A stretch of DNA of 62,121 nt, the filler included, from Coriobacteriales bacterium (GTDB lineage: Bacteria > Actinomycetota > Coriobacteriia > Coriobacteriales > UBA8131), in assembly GCA_031263105.1 (NCBI GenBank). It is 3 parts of 3 records of this genome, joined end to end, with 100 filler letters (N's around TTAATTAATTAA, not from the genome) between each part and the next. Parts side by side here need not be neighbours in the genome. Positions count along the whole stretch, not along the records: positions 1 to 24,047 come from JAISGJ010000015.1; 2 more parts are not named here. The stretch is one strand, 5' to 3'. This document shows positions 8,943-18,075 of the stretch, one piece after another. The notes under the pieces are model-generated. The model ran no database searches. It was not told the DNA's origin and saw nothing but the letters and a program-made list of their open reading frames with translations. The first letter of the stretch is position 1; each line of letters starts with the position of its first letter. Position numbers and translations under genes: made by a program.

Positions 8943-10445
8943 ATGCTTTGTTTCAAAAAGGTCTCATACCGTTACCCGTCCGCAACGGCGCCCACGCTCT
9001 CTGCGGTGGGCTTCTCGCTGTCGCCTGCCGAGCACGTCGTGCTCCTGGGCAGCAACGGCTCGGGCAAATCGACGCTCGCACGCCTGGCGAACGGCCTGCT
9101 CCTGCCCGAGCAGGGCAGGGTCCTGGTCGACGGCATGCAGACGGGGGACCGCTCGACGATACGGGCGCTGCGCTCGCGCGTGGGCCTCGTCGCCCAGGAC
9201 GCGGACAACCAGATCGTGAGCACCAGCGTGCTCGACGAGGTCGCCTTCGGCCCCGAGAACCTCGGGCTCGAACGCACGGAGATACTCAGGCGTTGCACCG
9301 ACGCTCTCGCCGCGCTCGGCCTCGACGGCCTCGAGGCGCGCGACCCCAACACCTTGAGCGGCGGTCAGAAGCAGCGGCTCGTCCTCGCAGGCATACTCGC
9401 GATGGATCCCGCCTACCTCGTGCTGGACGAGCCGACGTCCATGCTCGACAGCAAGGGGCGCTCCGAGGTCCGCCGCGCCCTGCACGGCCTGCATGCCCGT
9501 GGGCACGCGATCGTGCATATCACGCACGACCTCGGCTTCGCCCGCGACGCCGACCGGGCGCTCGTGCTCAAGGCCGGCAGGCTCGTGTTCGACGGCGCCC
9601 CCGAGGCGCTGCTTGCCGACGAGGGGCTGCTGCTCGCCTACGGCCTCATGGTGCGCGGCGAAGACGAGCTTGGGGAGAAGCGGCCGGAGGAGGGACCTGC
9701 GACGGCACGGCCCGGGGAGAAGACGCGGGCCGGAGGGTCGGCGGCGCTGCCTGGGACCCCGGCGGCCCAGGCCTCGCTGCGCCTTGAGGGCGTCGGCTTC
9801 TCCTATGGGCATGACGGCCCGGGCGGAGACGGACGGCACGAGGTCCTCAAGGGAATCGACTTCGTCGTCGACCCGCAGAGCCACGTCCTTGTCACCGGGG
9901 ACTCCGGCTCGGGGAAATCGACCCTGCTGCGCATACTCGCAGGCCTGCTCGAGCCGACCGTCGGAGCCGCGCGGCTCGCCCAGGGAGCAGCGGGCCGCAT
10001 AGTCCCCGGCTCGGTGGGCCTCGTCTTCCAGCACCCGGAGTCCCAGCTCTTCGCCCAGACGGTGGCCGACGAGGTCGCGTTCGGCCCCGAGAACCTCGGC
10101 CTTGTCCCCAGCCGCGCCCTCCGGGACGGGGCCGTGCGCGAGGCCCTTGAGGCCGTGGGGCTCGACCCGGAGGACTTCGGCCCCCGCTCCCCGTTCATGC
10201 TGTCGGGCGGCGAGATGCGCCGTGTCGCCATCGCGGGCGTGCTGGCGATGCGCCCGCCGTTCCTGCTGCTCGACGAGCCGACAGCCGGGCTCGATGCCGC
10301 AGGGCGCGCCTTCGTGCACGCCCTCATGCGCCGCCTGGCCCAGGCAGGGACAGGGGTCGTGGTGGTCTCGCACGACGTGGAGGAGTTCCGGCCGCACGCC
10401 CGCACCCACTTCGAGCTGAGGGAGGGCAGGCTGTGGCGCCGCTAG
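8943..10445 (+). CDS. ECF transporter ATPase, fused EcfA-EcfA'
   Basis: Two ABC cassettes (GSNGSGKST...LSGGQKQR; GDSGSGKST...LSGGEMRR), VAFGPENLG twice; adjacent to ecfT. Confidence 0.92.
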   Translation: MLCFKKVSYRYPSATAPTLSAVGFSLSPAEHVVLLGSNGSGKSTLARLANGLLLPEQGRVLVDGMQTGDRSTIRALRSRVGLVAQDADNQIVSTSVLDEVAFGPENLGLERTEILRRCTDALAALGLDGLEARDPNTLSGGQKQRLVLAGILAMDPAYLVLDEPTSMLDSKGRSEVRRALHGLHARGHAIVHITHDLGFARDADRALVLKAGRLVFDGAPEALLADEGLLLAYGLMVRGEDELGEKRPEEGPATARPGEKTRAGGSAALPGTPAAQASLRLEGVGFSYGHDGPGGDGRHEVLKGIDFVVDPQSHVLVTGDSGSGKSTLLRILAGLLEPTVGAARLAQGAAGRIVPGSVGLVFQHPESQLFAQTVADEVAFGPENLGLVPSRALRDGAVREALEAVGLDPEDFGPRSPFMLSGGEMRRVAIAGVLAMRPPFLLLDEPTAGLDAAGRAFVHALMRRLAQAGTGVVVVSHDVEEFRPHARTHFELREGRLWRR

Positions 10446-11338
10446 TCCCCTTCGGGCAGTACGTCCCCGGCGACAGCCTGCTGCACCGCACCGACGCACG
10501 CATGAAGCTGCTCTGCATCGCCGCCTATGTGTCCGCCCTGTTCATGGTCGACGGCTGGCCGGGGCTGCTGCTCTGTGGCGCGGCGTTCGTCGGCGCCTAC
10601 CTGTTTTCCGCCGTGCCCCTCCGGCTGCTGCTGCGCGGCTTCAAGCCGATCCTCGTGCTGCTGGCGTTCACCTTCCTGGCGAACGCGCTCACCTTCGGTG
10701 CGGGGGATGCGGGTGCCTGGGCGGCGGCGGATCTGGCAGAGGCGACGGCCGGGGCGGCCGGGACAGGAGCGGCGGGGGACGGGGCGCTGCCGGGGCCGAC
10801 GGGCGGGGGCGGCCTGCCCGAGAGCGTCGCGCTCGTCGGCAGCTTCGGCATCAGGCCCCTGGGCGCGCTGCGCGGCCTGTACTTCGCCGTGCGCATCCTG
10901 CTGCTGGTGGCCATGACCTCGCTGCTCACCTACACGACGCCCCTCGTCACGCTGAGCGACAGCCTCGTTGCCCTCATGCGCCCGCTCGCCCGCATCAAGG
11001 TCCCCACGGAGGACATCGCGACGATGTTCTCCATCGCGCTGCGCTTCATCCCCCTCACCGCCGAGGAGGCCGAGAAGATCATGGTCGCACAGAGCGCACG
11101 GGGCGCGGTGTTCGACAGCGGCGGCCCCCTCAAGCGGGCACGGGCCTGGCTCCCGGTGATGATACCCCTGTTCGTGAGCCTGTTCAGGCGCGCAGACGAG
11201 CTTGCCGGCGCGATGGAAACGCGCTGCTACCTCGGGCAGGGGCGCACACGTCTCAGGGTCGTCGAGCTGCACGCCGCCGATGCCGTCCCGGGCGCCCTCG
11301 TCGCAGCGGCCTTTATCGCGCTGGGGATCCTCCTCTGA
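10433..11338 (+). CDS. ecfT: ECF transporter transmembrane component T
   Basis: GQYVPGDS..H..D.R.K, IALRFIP, AQSARG, AMETRCY. Confidence 0.92.
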   Translation: MAPLVPFGQYVPGDSLLHRTDARMKLLCIAAYVSALFMVDGWPGLLLCGAAFVGAYLFSAVPLRLLLRGFKPILVLLAFTFLANALTFGAGDAGAWAAADLAEATAGAAGTGAAGDGALPGPTGGGGLPESVALVGSFGIRPLGALRGLYFAVRILLLVAMTSLLTYTTPLVTLSDSLVALMRPLARIKVPTEDIATMFSIALRFIPLTAEEAEKIMVAQSARGAVFDSGGPLKRARAWLPVMIPLFVSLFRRADELAGAMETRCYLGQGRTRLRVVELHAADAVPGALVAAAFIALGILL

Positions 11339-11609
11339 CGCACGGCACCGGGAGACGGGGCAGAGAACCTGCCCTCCTTTGAGCGGAAACGGGGGAGGGG
11401 GTCGTTTCCCTGCCTCTGTGCCGTTCAGACGGGCAGACGGCACATCGGAAACAGGGCATGTGCCCTTCCCACTGTCCCGCCCGGTGCTACAATAAGGCCC
11501 GTCCGGGAGGGGCCCGGTCGTTCGGCGCCTGTGCGGCGCCCGCTTGGTGCAGGGGTCCTTTTGACATCCCGGCGGCAGAAGGCCACGGATCGGAAGGGCA
11601 AGTGGGGCT

Positions 11610-14600
11610 ATGGACCTTGACGTCATTGTAGAGGTGGTGGATCCTGCGCGGGCCGCCGCCCTCCTCCCCTCCACGGGGGACACCGCAGCTATCTCCCTCG
11701 TCGTCGGCATCTTCCTTGCCGTGGCGGCCGTCGCCCTCCTCGCGCGCCGCCGCCTGCTTCCCACCCGCACGGCCGCCTGTGCCCACACCGTTCCTGCGCA
11801 TGCCGCCCCCAAGGACGGCACGTCCACGGCAGCGGGGAGCACGGCAAGGCGGGCGGTGCGCACGGCCTTGGGCGCCCTGTGCGCGGCTGCCCTCGTCGCG
11901 GCGGCCCTCTGGGGAGGAGGGGCCCTTCGCGGCTTTGCCGAGGACGGCACCGTGAGGATAACGCTCACGAGGGGCCAGGGGCACGACGTGCAGTCCACCG
12001 TGGCGGTTCCTCTCGCCCTCGATGCCGCCGCCTCGCACGGCTCGAGCGTGCTGCTCGCCTGTGCATCCAGCGACCTCGGCACCTTCAAGGCCTCCCTCGC
12101 CGCCCCCGCCGCGCTCCCGGCCGGCACCGTGGGCTTCGCGCTCTCAGCGAACCCCGCCCCCACCAAGGCGAACACCGTCCCGAACGGCTTCGGCGCCTCC
12201 TATGCGCCTGCGGCCAATGCGAAGGCGGACACCCGCCTGTTCGCCGCCCTGCCCAAGACGCGAACCCTCGTCCTCCAGTCGAGCGCTCCCTCCACCTCCA
12301 AGGCTCCCACCAGGCTGTACCTGTCCGCCAAGGCCTCGCCCGCACTCGAGGCGGGCACCTACCACGTGCGCCTGCGCCTGGAGGTCGTGGAGAACGTCCT
12401 CATGAGCCTGGACGCCGGCGAGGGCACGGGGACGACCTCTCCCCTCCTTGCGTTTGCAGGGGCGGAGGTGACCGTGCCTGCCGCCCCTGCGGACTTCGTG
12501 CGCACGGGCCACCGCTTCGCCTCTTGGAACAGTGCGCCGGACGGCACGGGGAAGGCCTACCGGCCCGGCGACACGCTGGGCCTTACGACCGATGTCACCC
12601 TGTACGCCCAGTGGGAGCCGGAGAGCTACACGGTGAGCTACCACGCCAACGCGCCCTCCAGTGCCACGGGGACGGTCACGAGCGCAAGCGGCATGCCCGC
12701 GCAGACGGCCGCCTACGGCAAGAGCCTCAGGCTTGTCCCTAACGACTTCACGCTTGCAGGCCATGTCTTCAGGGGTTGGAACACGGAGCCGGACGGCGCG
12801 AGCGGCACAGACTATGCCGACGCCCAGGCCTTCAGCCCCTGGATCCTCATGGCAGACCTTCACCTGTACGCGAAGTGGGAGCTTGCCACCTACGCGCTTG
12901 CCTTCGACAAGAACGGCGGCGACACAGAGGCGAACCCGGCCTCAAGGCCCGTGACCTACGGTGCCGCAGTCGGCACGCTCCCTGCATCGGGCAGCGGGGC
13001 GCCCGTGCGTGCAGGCTACACCTTCTCAGGCTGGTCTGCGGACCCGGGAGCCTTCGCGGCAGGCGTGGGCACGGGCAACGTGGCAGACTTCTTCGACACG
13101 ACGACCGTGGACTGGACGGGCCCTAAGGCCGTCTACGCCGTGTGGACGGCGAACCCGCACACGCTCAGCTTCGATGCCGGCGGCGGCACCGGCACGATGG
13201 CTGCCTTCCCGGTCAATTTCGGCCAGACCAAGGCGCTCGCCCCGAACGGCTTTGCCAGGCCCGGCTACAACTTCACGGGCTGGGCAACGAGCGCAGGCGG
13301 CCCTGTCGTCTACGCAGACGGGGCGGACTACACGCTCACGGCAGACGCGGACCTGCGGCTCTGGGCCGTCTGGGCGGACAACACCCCTCTGGCCTTTACC
13401 GTCACGGTCGCTGCAGGCGAGGAGTTCCTTGTCCCCGTGAACGGCTACGGCACCAGCGGCGCAGGCGCGCCCTACGCATGGGACATAGAGTGGGGGGACG
13501 GCGAGACCTCGGAGAACGAAACAGGCGTCTCGACCCCGAACACGACCTACCAGGGCCATCTTGGCATACCCCATACCTACACCGGTGCCGGCACGTACAC
13601 CGTCACCATACGCCCACACGACCCCTCCATGCCCTTTGGCTGGGCCCGGGCCTTCGGGTTCGCGTATGAGCACTCGGGCTCCTCTGTGGCCGCCAACAAG
13701 GCCAAGGTGCAAAGCGTCGTCAGCATGCCGGCCCGGGGCTTTCTCGAAAGCGCGACCTCCACGGGCGACTTCTTCCTGAACAACCTCTGGTACGGCTGCT
13801 CCGGCCTCGTCACCGCCGTCGTGCCCGATACCTCTGATTATGAGATTCGTACCGTCGGCACCTACTTCCTGAGCGGCACCTGGTACTACTGCACCGGCCT
13901 CGTCGATGCCGACGTGCCCGACACCTCGGGCTGGCCGGTCACCGATGTCGGCCGCGGGTTCCTTGAGCTCACCTGGTACCACTGCGACAGCCTCGTCGAT
14001 GCCGTCGTGCCCGACACCTCGGGCTGGCCGGTCACCGATCTCGACACGTACTTCTTCCTATGCAGCACCTGGGACCGCTGCAGCAGCCTCGTCAACGCCG
14101 ACGTGCCCGACACCTCGGGCTGGAAGGTCGATGCCATCGCCGACAGCTTCCTTGTCGACACCTGGACCCTCTGCACCAGCCTCGCCACCGCCGTCGCACC
14201 CGACACCTCGGATTGGAGGCCCGCCAGCATCGGCAGCAACTTCATGGCGAGGACCTGGCAGCACTGCAGCAACCTTGCCGCCGCCGCCGTGCCCGACACC
14301 TCGGATTGGAGGCCTACCGACATCGGCACCTGGTTCATGACCAACACCTGGCGCGACTGCAGCAGCCTCGCCACCGCCGGTGTCGCGATGCTCGATACCG
14401 AAGACTGGGACGTCGACAGCATCGGCAACAACTTCCTGTTCTATACGTGGTACGACTGCATCGCCCTCAAGGACCTCTCCGGCCTGCACTTCTCCGACAG
14501 CTTCAAGGACGTGCCCGACCTCTACAGCAATCTCAACAATTGGAACCGTACCTTCCATTGGAGCACTCCGGCCGGTTCGGCCACCGGTGCCCCTCCCAGC

Positions 14601-14717
14601 TTCTACGACGGAACGCCGATAACCGCCACCGCCCCGACCACGCCCCGCGCCACCTTCACCAACCGCAACGGCATGCCGCTCTACGCCAGCCTCAACCCCA
14701 ACTGGACGACGGCATAA
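11610..14717 (+). CDS. Large surface protein: InlB-B/Listeria-Bacteroides-type repeats, PKD-like domain, about 8 LRR-like 31-aa repeats
   Basis: Four R.GY.F.GW...LYA.W units; IEWGDG...HTY...GTYTVTI; repeats F(L/M)xxTWxxCxxLxxAxVPDTSxW. Confidence 0.8.
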   Translation: MDLDVIVEVVDPARAAALLPSTGDTAAISLVVGIFLAVAAVALLARRRLLPTRTAACAHTVPAHAAPKDGTSTAAGSTARRAVRTALGALCAAALVAAALWGGGALRGFAEDGTVRITLTRGQGHDVQSTVAVPLALDAAASHGSSVLLACASSDLGTFKASLAAPAALPAGTVGFALSANPAPTKANTVPNGFGASYAPAANAKADTRLFAALPKTRTLVLQSSAPSTSKAPTRLYLSAKASPALEAGTYHVRLRLEVVENVLMSLDAGEGTGTTSPLLAFAGAEVTVPAAPADFVRTGHRFASWNSAPDGTGKAYRPGDTLGLTTDVTLYAQWEPESYTVSYHANAPSSATGTVTSASGMPAQTAAYGKSLRLVPNDFTLAGHVFRGWNTEPDGASGTDYADAQAFSPWILMADLHLYAKWELATYALAFDKNGGDTEANPASRPVTYGAAVGTLPASGSGAPVRAGYTFSGWSADPGAFAAGVGTGNVADFFDTTTVDWTGPKAVYAVWTANPHTLSFDAGGGTGTMAAFPVNFGQTKALAPNGFARPGYNFTGWATSAGGPVVYADGADYTLTADADLRLWAVWADNTPLAFTVTVAAGEEFLVPVNGYGTSGAGAPYAWDIEWGDGETSENETGVSTPNTTYQGHLGIPHTYTGAGTYTVTIRPHDPSMPFGWARAFGFAYEHSGSSVAANKAKVQSVVSMPARGFLESATSTGDFFLNNLWYGCSGLVTAVVPDTSDYEIRTVGTYFLSGTWYYCTGLVDADVPDTSGWPVTDVGRGFLELTWYHCDSLVDAVVPDTSGWPVTDLDTYFFLCSTWDRCSSLVNADVPDTSGWKVDAIADSFLVDTWTLCTSLATAVAPDTSDWRPASIGSNFMARTWQHCSNLAAAAVPDTSDWRPTDIGTWFMTNTWRDCSSLATAGVAMLDTEDWDVDSIGNNFLFYTWYDCIALKDLSGLHFSDSFKDVPDLYSNLNNWNRTFHWSTPAGSATGAPPSFYDGTPITATAPTTPRATFTNRNGMPLYASLNPNWTTA
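13765..14480 (+). repeat. Intragenic ~93-bp tandem repeats (31-aa LRR-like units)
   Basis: GTGCCCGACACCTCGG and ACCTGG...TGC recur at a period of about 93 bp. Confidence 0.85.
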
Positions 14718-14804
14718 CGGGCCGCATCGGCCGCAGACAGGCCAAGGGCGGCCCCGAACGGGCCGCACCGGCCCCGATATAGGGTTATCGAACCTGATGT
14801 TGCC

Positions 14805-15491
14805 CTACGAAAGCCCGTCCCTGTAGCCGACGTTCACATGCGAGGCGTCGCAGAAGGGCTTGTTGCGCGACGCGCCGCAACGGCAGAGGGCGTAGCGGTT
14901 GCGCTGCTCGTAGGTGCTGCCGCTGGCAGAGACGAGCGGGATGCCGCCCTTCACGTACAGGGGGGCGCTCACCTCGCGCTCGGGGTCCTGCAGGAGGGAT
15001 ATCGCAGGTTCGAGGTCGGGCTCTATCTCCTGGTAGCCGTCGAGCTTGTCGTGATGGACGAGGCGGCCCGCAGGGCAGTCGGTCGAGGCCCGGACGGCCT
15101 CCTTGCGCAGGGCAGGGTCGTCCGACTCCTCCGTCAGCGTCCAGACCTCGCCGTGCTCCTGATGGCAGAAGCGCGCGAAGGCGCAGCGGTTGTCGTCGTA
15201 CAGGTCGAGCGTGGGGCCTGCGAAGACCTCGACGCGCTCGTCGAAGGGCGCGGTGTCCGCCACCTCGGTGCCGTCGAAGCCGGCGGCCACATGGGAGCCG
15301 TCGCAGAACGGGGGGTTCTTCGAGTGCCCGCAGCGGCAGAGCGCATAGCGCTCCTGCGCCTCGAAGACCCTCCCCTGCTGATACTCGCGGTGATGGCCCT
15401 TCGAGACCATGACCTTCTCGTCGAGGGGAACCGCCCCCTCCACGAGGTACGGCCCGTCCTTCACGATGGTGATCCTCTTCTCAGATGCCAT
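14805..15491 (-). CDS. CDGSH iron-sulfur domain protein (two CDGSH motifs flanking a central Cys domain)
   Basis: LCRCGHSKNPPFCDGSH and LCRCGASRNKPFCDASH; central CAFARFC...CPAG. Confidence 0.92.
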   Translation of the reverse strand: MASEKRITIVKDGPYLVEGAVPLDEKVMVSKGHHREYQQGRVFEAQERYALCRCGHSKNPPFCDGSHVAAGFDGTEVADTAPFDERVEVFAGPTLDLYDDNRCAFARFCHQEHGEVWTLTEESDDPALRKEAVRASTDCPAGRLVHHDKLDGYQEIEPDLEPAISLLQDPEREVSAPLYVKGGIPLVSASGSTYEQRNRYALCRCGASRNKPFCDASHVNVGYRDGLS

Positions 15492-15611
15492 GGGTCAAAC
15501 CCCCTGTCCTGTCCGATTGCCTTCTGCCAACATACCTGCACCCAGTATAGCCCATCGGGCGGGTCACGGCCCTTGGGATGACAGATGCATGGGCTACAAT
15601 GGTATCGACAC

Positions 15612-15857
15612 GTTACAGTTCACACCCCACTGTCATTCCGAGCTCCGCCGAGGAATCTTTGGACACGCAGTGTCCAACGGCAGGTCAGGGGGCCCTTCGA
15701 CCTGCGATCGGCCGCTGGCGCGGCCGAGGATTCCTCGACAGGCTCGGAATGACAGTGGGTACGCCGAGTCAAGGTACGGAGGATGGACCGGGGTGCCGAG
15801 GATTCCTCGACAGGCTCGGAATGACAGTGGGGTATCCGTGGGGGTGTGAGCTGTAAC
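15612..15857. mobile_element. MITE copy B (inner right end duplicated)
   Basis: GTTACAGTTCACACCCC ... GGGGTGTGAGCTGTAAC; flanks ATCGACAC / ACCGACAC (7/8). Confidence 0.88.
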
Positions 15858-15889
15858 ACCGACACTCTGGTACGCAATGGGAGGCTTGC

Positions 15890-16540
15890 TTGATGGACCC
15901 TTCGACATCCCGGCTCTTCTGCCTGACGGGCGACGTGCAGACAGGCAAGACGCGTTGGCTGCTCAGGCTGCTCGACGAGCTGGCGGCATCCGGCGTGACG
16001 GGCCTTGGCGTGGTGTCGCCGGGGATATGGCGCAAGAACGACGTCGACGGCGAGAGGAAGGGCGCAGCGCCTTTTGAGAAACTCGGCATCGAGGCCGTCC
16101 TGCTGCCGCAGAACGAGCGCCTGCCGTTCGCGACGCGACGCGATCTTCTGGACGAGGAGGACGCTGAGGCCCCCACCGCCGAGGCCGACCGGGCCCGGCT
16201 GCGTTGGGCGATCCGCGACGACTCCATCCGAGCCGTGAACCGACACTTCGACGCACTCATGCAAGACCCGATGGACGGCCTGCTGGTCGTCGACGAGCTC
16301 GGACGCCTGGAACTCGAGCAGGGAGGCGGCTTCACCCAAGCGCTGCGCCTGCTGGAGGCCGGCCCGACCGCGCACTGGCCCTGTGCGCTCGTCGTCGTGC
16401 GCGACCGGCTGGCGCGCACGGCCGCAAGCCGCCTCGCCCCCGCTTGGGGCGAGGCCGTGCCGCTGGCCCCCGACGCACAGGGCCGACGCCTCATACGAGG
16501 CTCCCTTGGCCTGCCTGAACATAGTCGAGGAGAGATATGA
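15890..16540 (+). CDS. P-loop NTPase (NTPase_1/DUF2478-like)
   Basis: TGDVQTGKT Walker A; LLVVDELGRLE Walker B. Confidence 0.75.
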   Translation: MMDPSTSRLFCLTGDVQTGKTRWLLRLLDELAASGVTGLGVVSPGIWRKNDVDGERKGAAPFEKLGIEAVLLPQNERLPFATRRDLLDEEDAEAPTAEADRARLRWAIRDDSIRAVNRHFDALMQDPMDGLLVVDELGRLELEQGGGFTQALRLLEAGPTAHWPCALVVVRDRLARTAASRLAPAWGEAVPLAPDAQGRRLIRGSLGLPEHSRGEI

Positions 16541-16680
16541 CTTTAGAGTTTGTGTGTTGCCAAAGTATCTCCAAGTTTTGCGGCAAATTGATACAATGAT
16601 AGTCCAAGTTTCGTTACGATTTGTGAAAATGTATGTCTGATTTTCGTGAAGGCACGGGCTGAGCCTGCTATACTGCCGTC

Positions 16681-18009
16681 ATGGAGAGAACCCTTTACAG
16701 AGAACTGCTGGCCTGGAAGGCCGACAAGGGGGCGAAGCCGCTGCTGTTGTCCGGTGCCAGGCAGGTCGGCAAGACCTACCTCGCCCGCCAGTTCTGCACA
16801 CGGGAATACGCGCGGGCGCTGGAGGTCAACCTCTTCGACTACCCCAACGTCGTCGCGCTTTACGACACCGCCCTCACGTCGGCGGAGAAGTTCGAGCAGC
16901 TCAAGCTGATCCTGAACACGGACTTGGACGGCGAGGCCTTCCTGCAAGACGGCATCCTGTTCATCGACGAGGTGCAGGAGTCCGAGTCCCTGCTGACCGA
17001 GCTGAAGTACCTTCGCGAGCATAAGCCCAGGCTGCGGATACTCTGCTCCGGCTCCCTGCTGGGGGTCAAGCTCAGGCGCTTGAGCAAGGCGCTCCCGGTC
17101 GGCCAGGTCGACATGCTCAAGCTGCGCCCGTTGAGCTTCGAGGAGTTCCTGCTCAACACTGACAACGCCATGCTCAGGGACGCGGTCGCGGACTGCTTCG
17201 GCCGGGACAAGGCCCTGAGCGCGCCCGTGCACGAGCGGGCACTGAACGTCTACCGCTCCTACCTTTGCCTGGGGGGCATGCCGGAGGTCGTCAACTCCTA
17301 CCTCGAGGCGGGCATCGACCTGGCCGGCGTGGACAGGCGGGTCGCCGCGAACATCATGGCCGCCTACCTTGACGACATGAACAAGTACGTCAGGAACCAT
17401 GCGGAGTCCAACCGGATCGCGGGCATCTACAACAGCTTGCCGTCGCAGATGCTCAACGCCTCGCGGAAGTTCCAATACTCGAAGGTCGACCGCTCGGCGC
17501 GGGCCAAGACCCACGCGAGCGCCTTGGACTGGCTGGTGGCGGCCGACATGGTGCTGCTCAGCCGGGCGGCGACGTGGGCCGAGGTGCCGTTGAGGGCAAA
17601 CACCGACAGCGACGTGTTCAAGCTGTTCTTCGGCGACATCGGCTTCCTCGTGTCGCTGACCGGCTTGGATTTCGCCGACATCATGACCAACCAGAGCTTC
17701 GGCTTCAAGGGCGCCCTGGCCGAGAACTACGTGGCCTGCGAGCTGGCGGCCGTAGGCAGGGACCTGTACTACTGGCGCTCCGAGCACAGCGCCGAGGTGG
17801 ACTTCCTGCTGGAGAACGGCATCGCGCAGGGAGGAATACTCCCCGTCGAGGTCAAGGCCGACAAGCACGTCCAGACCCCCAGTCTGAGCGTCTACCGCAG
17901 ACGCTTCGACCCTTCCTGCTCGCTGCGCGTCTCGGCCAAGAACTTCGGCTTCGAGAACGGCATCAAGTCCGTGCCGCTCTACGCCGTATTCTGCCTGGGG
18001 AGGCGATGA
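16681..18009 (+). CDS. AAA_14-type ATPase with C-terminal DUF4143
   Basis: GARQVGKT, LFIDEVQ, SGSLL, GGMPEVV, EVDFLL...PVEVK. Confidence 0.9.
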   Translation: MERTLYRELLAWKADKGAKPLLLSGARQVGKTYLARQFCTREYARALEVNLFDYPNVVALYDTALTSAEKFEQLKLILNTDLDGEAFLQDGILFIDEVQESESLLTELKYLREHKPRLRILCSGSLLGVKLRRLSKALPVGQVDMLKLRPLSFEEFLLNTDNAMLRDAVADCFGRDKALSAPVHERALNVYRSYLCLGGMPEVVNSYLEAGIDLAGVDRRVAANIMAAYLDDMNKYVRNHAESNRIAGIYNSLPSQMLNASRKFQYSKVDRSARAKTHASALDWLVAADMVLLSRAATWAEVPLRANTDSDVFKLFFGDIGFLVSLTGLDFADIMTNQSFGFKGALAENYVACELAAVGRDLYYWRSEHSAEVDFLLENGIAQGGILPVEVKADKHVQTPSLSVYRRRFDPSCSLRVSAKNFGFENGIKSVPLYAVFCLGRR

Positions 18010-18075
18010 TTAATGCTTGTGCGCTGGATTCCGAGTCGCTTTGCCCCGTCCATGGCCAAACTCTCCTCCCAACCA

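Noticed and set aside
13765..14480. Diversity-generating retroelement target (many variable codons are NNC)
   Set aside because: C-ending codons are expected at this GC; no reverse transcriptase or template repeat in the window
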